DNA of 64,000 nucleotides, taken from Clostridiales bacterium. Lineage in GTDB: Bacteria; Bacillota; Clostridia; Saccharofermentanales; DTU023. Shown here in pieces: positions 34,220 through 42,472 of the stretch. Under the pieces are notes generated by a model. That model did not search any database, had not been told where the DNA came from, and saw only the letters and a list, made by a program, of their open reading frames with translations. The stretch is taken from assembly GCA_004556925.1 (NCBI GenBank), contig SFFI01000004.1, positions 9,298-73,297 of the forward strand, given 5' to 3'. The first letter of the stretch is position 1. Every line of letters starts with the position of its first letter. The translations under genes were made by a program, and so were the position numbers.

Positions 34220-35293
34220 GTGGGCAGAAGGTGGCATGCAGCACTTATGAATGAGTTCATCTCCTCTAGTAAGAATAAATCCCCTCGTAGCCGGAGAGTC
34301 TGGCCTAAAGTTTTAGCGGTCGTCTTAATCCTGGTGGCAGTTGCCTTGGGACTTTTCATCTACAGTCTTTTTGATGCCGCCAAGACTCTTATGTCCTTAC
34401 CTGCTGAAGCTTTCAACCCCATTGCCTCCCACTTGATGCCCAGCTATGAACAGGTTATTTTCCAGCCATCCGGGTCTGACCTCCAGCTTAATGGTTGGTT
34501 TTTTCAGGCTAACAAAGATGTCCCCTTCCGCGGCAATATCATCTTTATCCACCAAGTACGGTCCAACAAACTAGAGTTTGGTCTGGAGAGCGCGAAACTT
34601 TTTAATTATTTTCTGGAGAAAGGCTTCAATGTCTTAGCCTTTGACCAACGCCATTGTGGCCAGTCCCAAGGAGATGCGTCAGGCTACGGCTACGCTGAGT
34701 ATCGCGATGTGCAAGCTGCCATGGCGACTTGCTACCGTCTGTCTGGTCGCAAGAACTTTATCCTCTATGGGGTAGGCAGCGGAGTTACCACTAGTCTTTT
34801 GGCTTGGGAGGACCTGCCAGAAGCTCCCTCAGCAGAGGACTTAGCCGAGGCCAAGGATCCCGAGTCTATCCTCTCACGTGAAGATGTTAAGGGCTTCATT
34901 CTGGATACGCCAGCTGCTTCAGCCTATGATTACATCCGTCTGGACATTTCCGACCACAGCTTTTTGCAAAGAAATTTTTACAGGCGTTATATCCCGGATA
35001 TCGTACGTATTTCCTCTTCTGGGCCAGACAGGGTCAATCTTATCCCCCTGCTCGGCCATATTGAAGTGCCGATCATGATCACACGGAACTTGCCAGATAC
35101 CGTCTTGAACCAGGCTACGACAGATACTTTTATTACGGAGTGTGTAAGGCTTAAATCTGAATCTAGCTACGTGGTCGAAATCCCGGAGGCCGGTCACCTC
35201 CAAGGTTTTGTCTTAGACCAGGAGAAATACTTAAATGACCTGGGTGATTTTTTAGACCTCTATTTTTCTGCAGCTAGCGGGCCCGAAGCCTAG
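34220..35293 (+). CDS. membrane-anchored alpha/beta-hydrolase-fold protein (putative)
   Basis: 357 aa with N-terminal TM segment VLAVVLILVAVALGLFIY. Hydrolase-like core has an atypical nucleophile elbow, YGVGSGV. The start may instead be ATG 34247. Confidence 0.6.
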   Translation: MGRRWHAALMNEFISSSKNKSPRSRRVWPKVLAVVLILVAVALGLFIYSLFDAAKTLMSLPAEAFNPIASHLMPSYEQVIFQPSGSDLQLNGWFFQANKDVPFRGNIIFIHQVRSNKLEFGLESAKLFNYFLEKGFNVLAFDQRHCGQSQGDASGYGYAEYRDVQAAMATCYRLSGRKNFILYGVGSGVTTSLLAWEDLPEAPSAEDLAEAKDPESILSREDVKGFILDTPAASAYDYIRLDISDHSFLQRNFYRRYIPDIVRISSSGPDRVNLIPLLGHIEVPIMITRNLPDTVLNQATTDTFITECVRLKSESSYVVEIPEAGHLQGFVLDQEKYLNDLGDFLDLYFSAASGPEA

Positions 35294-35928
35294 AGCCGTC
35301 CGGAGTGGCCAAAGCCGCCCCCTCGGTCTGAGCCAAAAACTTTTACATCGGCTACCGGGTCAAATTGCACTGGGTCTAAGCCCTGGCAAACCAGCTGGGC
35401 AATGCGTTCATACTGCAAAATATGCTCTGTTCCCCACAGCCTGCCTTCCTTATTGAGGTAAACCGGGCTTAGTAAAAGTGTGCGGGGATATTGTCGCGTC
35501 AGCTGGCCAGGCTCTCGTCCTTCCTCAGTCAAGTAGTCTAGTAAGCTTAATTCCTGGCAGATGGGCCCGAAGCGCTCTAAGAGAGGGCTGGAGCCTGCTA
35601 CAAGGCTAGGCAGTTCACTCTGGACAAAGGCATTATGCACAATGACTTTGATTTCATCCCGATAATCTGCATCTATGGTCCCCGGGCTATTGGTCAATCT
35701 AAGGCGCGATTTTGCCGACAGACCAGATCTTGGCCTGACCTGAGCTTCAGAACCCTCAGGAAGCGCCAGTTTCACGCCCGTGGCCACAAAGACAGTCTGT
35801 CCAGGAACGATGTAGTAGTCTTGTCTAGCCTTAAGGTCAAAGCCTGCCGAATCCGGGCTGGCTTTACTGGGCATGAGCTGGGGATCAGTAAGTTCAAGCT
35901 TTATCGTGAGCTGTGCAGGTATAGACAT
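35290..35928 (-). CDS. dut: dUTP diphosphatase with a ~60-aa insertion between motifs III and IV
   Basis: Motif I SAGFDL, motif II RPRSGLS, motif III GTIDADYRDEIKV, motif IV ERIAQLV, motif V RGGGFGHSG. 212 aa against ~150 for typical trimeric Duts. Confidence 0.8.
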   Translation of the reverse strand: MSIPAQLTIKLELTDPQLMPSKASPDSAGFDLKARQDYYIVPGQTVFVATGVKLALPEGSEAQVRPRSGLSAKSRLRLTNSPGTIDADYRDEIKVIVHNAFVQSELPSLVAGSSPLLERFGPICQELSLLDYLTEEGREPGQLTRQYPRTLLLSPVYLNKEGRLWGTEHILQYERIAQLVCQGLDPVQFDPVADVKVFGSDRGGGFGHSGRL

Positions 35929-35933
35929 AAAAA

Positions 35934-36419
35934 TTATTCCTCAGTTTCTTGCACACCATGGGCCATATCTTCAAAGCTCGTTTGCATGACATCTAGAGGC
36001 CGAGGTTTAGCCTCCGCCGCTTTGGCGGAAGACGAACTTGGCTTCTTAGGCATCGCTTGAAGGCGTTCTTCATACATATCGCAGAGATTGCGGTAATAGA
36101 GTAAGTCCTTCTTGATATCCCATACCTGTTCGCGTAAATGCAGGATTTCTGCCTGGCTCTGCTCTAAATCCACCTGAAGCTGATTTAAAGCATCCAAGCT
36201 CTCATGGTCACCTGCCTGTACTTTCCAGCCCCGGTCGATACTGTTTAAAAGAGCCAATACAGCAGCCGCCAAGTCGCCAAGGCCAGGATGTCGACTTTTC
36301 ACTTCTGCTAATAGGTCATTCGCCTCTTTGGCCACCTGGCGGACATAGTCCGGGTCATCTTCTGCTGTAATCCGGTAGTACATGCTAGCGACTTTTACGG
36401 TAATAAAATCTTCCGCCAT
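35934..36419 (-). CDS. ZapA-like cell-division protein (putative)
   Basis: 161 aa. The N-terminal pattern ITVKVASMYYRITAEDDPDYVRQVAKEANDLL resembles ZapA and is followed by a coiled coil. The call is tentative. Confidence 0.55.
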   Translation of the reverse strand: MAEDFITVKVASMYYRITAEDDPDYVRQVAKEANDLLAEVKSRHPGLGDLAAAVLALLNSIDRGWKVQAGDHESLDALNQLQVDLEQSQAEILHLREQVWDIKKDLLYYRNLCDMYEERLQAMPKKPSSSSAKAAEAKPRPLDVMQTSFEDMAHGVQETEE

Positions 36420-36449
36420 TTCAACTCACCTCTCAGGCTTAGTCTGTGA

Positions 36450-37337
36450 CTAGAGACCTGCTTGGAGGATCTCAAAAATTTGCACAAACTGATCCGCACT
36501 AATCTCCTCGGCCCGTGCGGCAGGCTCAATCTTAACATCATTTAAGATAGAACTTAAGTAGCTGCTCTCTTTATCCTGTGCCCAGGGAGACATCTGGAGA
36601 TTATTGACTAGAGTTTTACGGCGGGTTTGGAAGGCAGTCTGCAAGAAGGCCCAGTAAGCTGACCGCAATTCTGGGGCAAGCAAGGGGGTTGGCCTCTTCT
36701 CAAGGATCAGGACCCGGCTTTCAATGCTGGGAGGTGGATAAAAAGCCGATGCCTTCAGTCTCTCTCCCAAACGCACTTGCCCGTAAGTCTGACCCAGAAC
36801 TGACAGGGGCCCATAGAGCTTAGATTTTGGAGCCTGGGCAAATCGTTCCGCCACTTCCCTTTGCAAGAGAAAAGACATACCCTGGGCCTCCCAAAGTTCA
36901 AGGAGAGCTTTACAGTAAAGCTCAGAAGAAAGATAGTAAGGAAGGTTGCCAAAGACATAGAGCTGGCCCGGCGAGTAAGGCAAAAGTGCCCGCCAATCTA
37001 AATCTTGAGCCGGGCTATAAAGCACCTGAAAGTGGGGATAAATCTGGGCTAGCCCCGATAAAACAGGCGCTAGGTCCTCATCAATTTCGATGGCGAGAAG
37101 CCTGGCCCCCCGAGCGAGGATAGCTTGGCTTAAGTGACCCAAGCCAGGTCCTATCTCCAAGACCTGGCTATCTGAAGATAAATGAAAGGGGCTCAGCATC
37201 TTCTGGATGCTGGGTCCCTTATCTAAAAAGTTTTGGCCCCAAGCTTTTTTGGGCTGGAGCTTATATTGTTGGCAAAGCGCTTTGGCGGAAGGATAAGCAG
37301 GGTCCTGGGTACCCGCACCGCTTTTACTGGAGCACAT
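36450..37337 (-). CDS. rsmA: 16S rRNA (adenine1518/1519-N6)-dimethyltransferase
   Basis: Motifs WGQNFL and VLEIGPGLGHLS. Likely start is ATG 37337 (MCSSKSG...), not the track start 37394, which lies deep inside the upstream gene. Confidence 0.9.
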   Translation of the reverse strand: MCSSKSGAGTQDPAYPSAKALCQQYKLQPKKAWGQNFLDKGPSIQKMLSPFHLSSDSQVLEIGPGLGHLSQAILARGARLLAIEIDEDLAPVLSGLAQIYPHFQVLYSPAQDLDWRALLPYSPGQLYVFGNLPYYLSSELYCKALLELWEAQGMSFLLQREVAERFAQAPKSKLYGPLSVLGQTYGQVRLGERLKASAFYPPPSIESRVLILEKRPTPLLAPELRSAYWAFLQTAFQTRRKTLVNNLQMSPWAQDKESSYLSSILNDVKIEPAARAEEISADQFVQIFEILQAGL

Positions 37338-38595
37338 AGACACTACGGTTACCCGTAGCCAGGTAAACGCCCTGAGAAATTTCCCGCGCATCAAAAGCTA
37401 AGTCCAGGAAACCAGGCCCCATACCATGCCGGTCCCCCACCACAGCAAGTCCGTAGCCTTCAATGAAAAGGACGGTCCCCATGGGGTAGTCACCTTGGCA
37501 AGCCGCTACAATACCCCTCTGGGCCAGGAGGCCTGAGGCGGTACGATTACACTCATTGACTGCACCAGGATCAGGATAGAGTTTATAGCACTCATAGCCA
37601 TCATAAGAAGTCGTAGAGAAATCTATGGGGCCAGAAGCTACGGCGAAGGTGACACCATCCACAGTGATTGTGCCATTTCGATTATCGTCGAAGGACAGAT
37701 AGTTTTGGGCACCATTGCGGTTTAAGAGACTCGCAACCGCATAAAAGTTAGTCTCTGCGGCAGCGTTAGAACCCGGGCTGACAAAGGATATATCTGCCTC
37801 GCCAGGAGGGGCCGTATTGGCTTTTTCTTCACTAGTATCGTCCCCAGGCAGATCCGCTTCCACGCTATACTCCGGTTCTGGAGCCTCTTGCATAAGTGCC
37901 AAAGGAGGTTCTTCTTCCTCCACGACTAAACCCGTACCAATCATAACGATATAGGGCTGACCAGAGGCCAGGTAGCGGCGGCCAATTTCGCGGCTCTCCT
38001 GGAGGACACCTTCAACAAAGGTTTGCTCGTAATCTACTTCTATGATCGCGTCATAGCCTTGCTGGATGACCGCTTCTTCACCCTGGGGCAATAGGTCAGA
38101 TTCTTGATACTCCGTATCAAAGGGAACATTAATGGTCTCAGAGATCCGCCTACTGCTAATTTCCGGGCTAGGATCCGGCGTGCTAACAGCAGCAGGCATA
38201 GCGGCTGGGGCTACCGGCTCCTCTGTCTGGGACTGATTAGCAAGTTTTTTATCCATCTCTAGGCCAAAAGCTACGGAAGGATCAAAGACTTCACGCAGAT
38301 CAAGAGCCTCGGTACTATGAGTTTCCTCAAGTTTAGGCTGGGCAGTTTCTTGCTGTTCAGGCGTTTGGCTCAGGGCCTCTGCAGCCACAGGCAAATTGGA
38401 GGGCACTACATCTTCCTCTGCAGAAGCGCTGGTTGCCCTTTGGATAACAAACTCCGCAGCCCGTCTGGACCTGTCTTGGCTCTTCACAAAAGCGACAAAG
38501 CCAACAAGTGCGACCAAGCTGAAGGTCACAAATATAAGTGCATAATCTAATACTTTTTTTCGCATAAAAACCTCGAACTCTGGGCTCAACTGCAA
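37324..38595 (-). CDS. YabE-like cell-wall protein: TM anchor, low-complexity linker, G5 domain, C-terminal 3D domain
   Basis: 423 aa. TM segment ALIFVTFSLVALVGFVAFV; G5-like INVPFDTEYQESDLLPQGEEAVIQQGYDAIIEV; 3D-like C-terminus GTVLFIEGYGLAVVGDRHG...LDLAFD. The position next to ksgA matches the Bacillus yabE-ksgA neighbourhood. Confidence 0.75.
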   Translation of the reverse strand: MQLSPEFEVFMRKKVLDYALIFVTFSLVALVGFVAFVKSQDRSRRAAEFVIQRATSASAEEDVVPSNLPVAAEALSQTPEQQETAQPKLEETHSTEALDLREVFDPSVAFGLEMDKKLANQSQTEEPVAPAAMPAAVSTPDPSPEISSRRISETINVPFDTEYQESDLLPQGEEAVIQQGYDAIIEVDYEQTFVEGVLQESREIGRRYLASGQPYIVMIGTGLVVEEEEPPLALMQEAPEPEYSVEADLPGDDTSEEKANTAPPGEADISFVSPGSNAAAETNFYAVASLLNRNGAQNYLSFDDNRNGTITVDGVTFAVASGPIDFSTTSYDGYECYKLYPDPGAVNECNRTASGLLAQRGIVAACQGDYPMGTVLFIEGYGLAVVGDRHGMGPGFLDLAFDAREISQGVYLATGNRSVYVLQ

Positions 38596-38807
38596 GTTCT
38601 TGCAGTAGGGGCATAATTCGATAGGATGATTATAATTATCCTTTTTCGGCTTGTCAACCGAGATTGCTCGAAATCTTTATGCACTTCGCCTAGTTTAATC
38701 AGGTTTTTCCCGAGTATATTTGTTCTAAAGTTAGAACCGCGCGCAATTGTCATCCTCTTGCAAGCGCAGGAAAGCTGAAACTTGTTTGCTGCGCTTCGCT
38801 AGGTTCC

Positions 38808-40619
38808 CTACTTAGTCCACAGTTTTTCCGAGGCTTTAAGGAAGGCTTTGAGCTCCTCCCCTCTCAATTCATCCTTAGCCAATAGCGCTAAGTAATAAGC
38901 ATATCGAAGCAGATCTTCTTGGTCTTCCTCACTGCGGCTGTCCAAGCTACTGTACAGAGGGTTATCCGTATTGACCAAGACCGTATGGTGTGGCTTAAGT
39001 TGGCCAGCCATTTCTTCCATGGTGGCCCTTTCCTCCTCAGGCACCAGCTTGGCATATATCTCCTGCATGTCCGCAAAACGTCTGGCTGCCTCGTCCTCAA
39101 CCAGGCTGAGGAGGGGCGCTTCTGCCCCCTGGGCCTTTACTTGGCCTTCCAGATCGCTGAGCTTACTGACCTTCCTTAAACAATTGAGAAGGTCTTCTGC
39201 CAAGGCTTCACCAGGTCCTTCCTCATCCGGATGCGCCAAGGAGTCGGCCCGGATAAAGCGGTATTTGCCTTGACTTTGCGCCTCTATTTGGCTCATCCAT
39301 TGCAGATCTAAACCCTTCTGCATGCGGAAAACGGCCTTGCCCTCTGCGTGCAGACGGTCGGTGTAAAGGTCTAGGCGGTGGTCGTTGTAAACATAGTAGA
39401 TGGGGCCTTCTGCTTGGTCAGCCAGGGCCTGGAAACTGCCATCCACTTCTTCTAGGAGCAAGCAGGGCTTTACCTTATCTGCAAAGGCCACATTTTGCAG
39501 GCATCCCAATTTAACGAAGTCTGCAATTTGAGGCCACATGGACTGGTAGCGATCGGGGTCATCCTGGTAGATTTCGGCCAACTTGTCCCCTACTTTAGAT
39601 ACAATATGTTTTGAAAGTGCCCGGATAGTCTGGTCATTTTGCAGATAAGACCGTGAGACATTAAGGGGCAGGTCCGGACAATCCAAAGTGCCTTGCAGAA
39701 GGAAGAGAAAGTCTGGAATCATTTCGCGCAGGTCATCTGACACAAAGACTTGACGGCTGTAGATGAGGATTCGGTTGCTGAGCTCCAGATAGGGCCCTGT
39801 ATAGGCCGGGAAATACAAGATGCCCTTGAGGCGGAAGGGGTAATCCAGGTTCAAGTGAATCCAAAAAAGAGGCTTAAGCTCTGTAGCAAAAGTCTTTTGG
39901 TAAAACTTAATGTAGTCTTCCTCACTAATCGCTTTAGCATTGCGAAGCCAAAGCGGCTCTGTATCATTCAGTTGCTCTGCCTCTTCCTCGTCCACCTGGA
40001 AATAGATAGGATAGGGCATAAAACCGCAGTAGCGTTTTAGCAAGCCGCGTAGCTTGCTAGCACTGTAGGCTTTGCGGGCTTCAGCATCTAAATGCAGGAT
40101 GACATCTGTGCCCACTTCGTCCCGCTTGCCCTCTGCCATCTGGTATTCCAAGCCATCCTTGCTCAGCCAAGAGACAGGCGCTGCCCCTGCCAAACAGGAA
40201 AGGCTTTGAATTTCTACCTGGTCAGCAACCATGAAGGCGGAATAAAAACCTAGGCCAAAGTGACCAATCACCGCTTGGCCGCCCCCTGCTCCTCCCTGGT
40301 ACTTTTCCACATAGTCCACCAGGCCAGAGTAGGCAATTTGGTTGATATAGCGGTCAACCTCCTCAGCGGTCATGCCGATACCCTGGTCGCTGATGGTGAG
40401 CATGTTCGCTTCCGTGTCCAACTTGACGTCAATCCGCAAAGCTTGGTCCGTAGCTGGCGCATCCCCCAGCAAGATAAGGTGCTTGCGCTTACTAATTGCA
40501 TCAACAGCGTTAGACACCAGTTCTCTTAGAAAAATCTCTTCTTCTGCATAGAGCCATTGTTTAATAATCGGAAAAATATTTTCCGATTCTACAGATAATT
40601 TACCTGACTTAATATCCAT
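38808..40619 (-). CDS. htpG: molecular chaperone HtpG (Hsp90)
   Basis: EEEIFLRELVSNAVDA, ISDQGIGMT and GHFGLGFYSAFMVA. Likely start is ATG 40619 (GAGGG upstream) rather than 40658. Confidence 0.93.
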   Translation of the reverse strand: MDIKSGKLSVESENIFPIIKQWLYAEEEIFLRELVSNAVDAISKRKHLILLGDAPATDQALRIDVKLDTEANMLTISDQGIGMTAEEVDRYINQIAYSGLVDYVEKYQGGAGGGQAVIGHFGLGFYSAFMVADQVEIQSLSCLAGAAPVSWLSKDGLEYQMAEGKRDEVGTDVILHLDAEARKAYSASKLRGLLKRYCGFMPYPIYFQVDEEEAEQLNDTEPLWLRNAKAISEEDYIKFYQKTFATELKPLFWIHLNLDYPFRLKGILYFPAYTGPYLELSNRILIYSRQVFVSDDLREMIPDFLFLLQGTLDCPDLPLNVSRSYLQNDQTIRALSKHIVSKVGDKLAEIYQDDPDRYQSMWPQIADFVKLGCLQNVAFADKVKPCLLLEEVDGSFQALADQAEGPIYYVYNDHRLDLYTDRLHAEGKAVFRMQKGLDLQWMSQIEAQSQGKYRFIRADSLAHPDEEGPGEALAEDLLNCLRKVSKLSDLEGQVKAQGAEAPLLSLVEDEAARRFADMQEIYAKLVPEEERATMEEMAGQLKPHHTVLVNTDNPLYSSLDSRSEEDQEDLLRYAYYLALLAKDELRGEELKAFLKASEKLWTK

Positions 40620-40757
40620 CACTTTACCCTCGCTTGAGTTCATGCCATAATATGGCAATATAAGTGGCAGGCCAGTTGAGTCTGGCCTGCTTTCCTAAGA
40701 TAGCATAGTTTAGTTAGATCATGCACGAAACTAGCTTTGAATAAGAGGTAACCGTTA

Positions 40758-41933
40758 ATGAACCAATTTCGCCAAAATGATCCGTTTGCACCCCAAAGGC
40801 CCCAAGCAAGCAGGTCACAGGCAGGCGCAGCTCGTCCTCAAGGCCCTGGCCAGAGGCCTACCCGGCCACAAAATTCTGGTCCTCATGGACCTCAAGCAGG
40901 AGGGCCTCGTAACCCTCAAGCCCCCAGCAATGGTCAGCGCAGGCCGTCCATGCCTCCCAGATCTGGAGCAGGATCCAGGCCCCAACCTAGACCCCAGCCA
41001 GGGCCTAGACCTCAAGGTCCAGCCGGGTCTCAGCGCCCTCGAAACGTTAACGGCCATCCTCATGCTCCTTCGAGGATGCAGGGTCAACCCATGCCTCCCA
41101 GGCCCTATGCCGGACCTGGACAGCCTGGGCCTCAATCTAGGCAGCCTGGTCCCCCTCCCAAGAGGGGTAAGTCTGCTAAAAAACAAGCAGGACAAAACAA
41201 ACAAGGCGGTGTTCCCCGCTGGGTCTTAATTTCGCTTGATATTGTCATTGTAGCCCTGGTTGCGGTAGGCCTTTTCTTCTTTTTAAAGCCTAAGTTTGAC
41301 GAAAAAAATGCGGAAAAACTCTCTAAAGAAATTCTCAATAACTTAGATGCCCAGAAAACCCCCATTGAGGTGGAGGTTGCGAGAAACTTTGCCCCCGTGC
41401 AGGGCGAGCGCAATGAAGATTCCGTAGGCGTGGACTTTGTAGATAATAACCTGGACAATACCGATTCCGATTCGGTATCGCTGACCTATGTGGGCAAACT
41501 GGTTATCCCCAAAATCAAAGTGATTACCCCACTCTCTGAAGAGCAAGGTAGTGACCTGCTGGTTTCCCTGCGTTTTGGTTCTGGTATCCACTCCGGTGTT
41601 GGGACACCTCTTGGCCAACCCGGCTTAACCACCATTTGGGGCCACCGTTTCCTTACTTCTGGCCGCGACTTTAACCGGCTCAATGAGATCGTGCCAGGCG
41701 ACCAATTCTACATTGACTACCTGCCCACCAATACCCGCTACTACTATAATGTTTATCAACAAGACATTATTCCCCATACGGAGTTAACTGAACGGGTTTA
41801 TGAGCATTTTGATGAAGACACTGTTGTCCTCATTACCTGCCACCCCCTGATCTACAACGAGCAAACCGAAAGACTTTTGGTTTATGCCAAGCCGGATCCA
41901 GAGCGGACAGGTCCTATTCCCGATAGCAATTAA
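40758..41933 (+). CDS. sortase-family transpeptidase with ~150-aa Pro/Gln/Gly-rich N-terminal region
   Basis: 391 aa. TM segment WVLISLDIVIVALVAVGLFFF, catalytic His region TTIWGHRF, catalytic Cys motif VLITCHP. Confidence 0.8.
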   Translation: MNQFRQNDPFAPQRPQASRSQAGAARPQGPGQRPTRPQNSGPHGPQAGGPRNPQAPSNGQRRPSMPPRSGAGSRPQPRPQPGPRPQGPAGSQRPRNVNGHPHAPSRMQGQPMPPRPYAGPGQPGPQSRQPGPPPKRGKSAKKQAGQNKQGGVPRWVLISLDIVIVALVAVGLFFFLKPKFDEKNAEKLSKEILNNLDAQKTPIEVEVARNFAPVQGERNEDSVGVDFVDNNLDNTDSDSVSLTYVGKLVIPKIKVITPLSEEQGSDLLVSLRFGSGIHSGVGTPLGQPGLTTIWGHRFLTSGRDFNRLNEIVPGDQFYIDYLPTNTRYYYNVYQQDIIPHTELTERVYEHFDEDTVVLITCHPLIYNEQTERLLVYAKPDPERTGPIPDSN

Positions 41934-41959
41934 GTCTGCTAGGTCAATACCGCTAAACT

Positions 41960-41989
41960 AAAGGGGAGCTCACGAGAGCTCCCCTTTTA
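41960..41989. terminator. bidirectional intrinsic terminator
   Basis: AAAGGGGAGCTC-ACGA-GAGCTCCCCTTTT between convergent genes. Confidence 0.85.
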
Positions 41990-42026
41990 CTTGTCCGTTT
42001 GATACTAGGCTAGTCAGTAACTGTGC

Positions 42027-42263
42027 TTAGGCAAAAAGTTCATCCAGGTTCAGTTCGTTTAAGATCTCACGCAGGATAGCTGCTTCTTCATGGGAAAGAG
42101 AAACGCCCTTACTCATCTTGGCATGTTCAGGAGCCCAGTCACGAATGTCCAATTTAGCCTTATTATCGTTCCAGGAAACCATGTTGAGTTCCCTTTGCCA
42201 ACCAGACTTGCTAGAGCTTAAAACGCCTAATTCTTTGCTTAACTCATATTTAAATTCTGCCAT
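42027..42263 (-). CDS. YdbC/PC4-like small ssDNA-binding-type protein (putative)
   Basis: Likely start is ATG 42263 (AAGGAGG upstream). The 78-aa product MAEFKYELSKELGVLS...WQRELNMVSWNDNKAKLDIRDW resembles the YdbC/PC4-like family, from memory. Confidence 0.6.
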   Translation of the reverse strand: MAEFKYELSKELGVLSSSKSGWQRELNMVSWNDNKAKLDIRDWAPEHAKMSKGVSLSHEEAAILREILNELNLDELFA

Positions 42264-42427
42264 GTCTTTTCCCTCCTTGGGTTTATTTCTGCCAGGCCCT
42301 AGGGAGGGCTGGCGAAAAAGCTTCACGCTTACACTTTGCTCAGTAGAGAGCCGCATTGCCGATATTGTCAGAGCGGCTCGGTCTTGTCAAGGCCGCTAAA
42401 GTTAAAGCTCTGGCCGGTACCAGAGCT

Positions 42428-42450
42428 TCAAAAAGCCTGCTTTCAGGCTT
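42428..42450 (-). terminator. glgP intrinsic terminator
   Basis: On the minus strand: AAGCCTG-AAAG-CAGGCTT followed by TTTTTG. Confidence 0.7.
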
Positions 42451-42472
42451 AGAGACCTATTTTCTTGATAGC

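Noticed and set aside
40777-41229. Alternative-frame ORFs across the 5' part of the sortase gene (plus-strand 150 aa, minus-strand 129 aa)
   Set aside because: They are a by-product of the Pro/Gly/Gln-rich codon bias. Only the 40758 frame continues into the TM helix and the sortase catalytic motifs.
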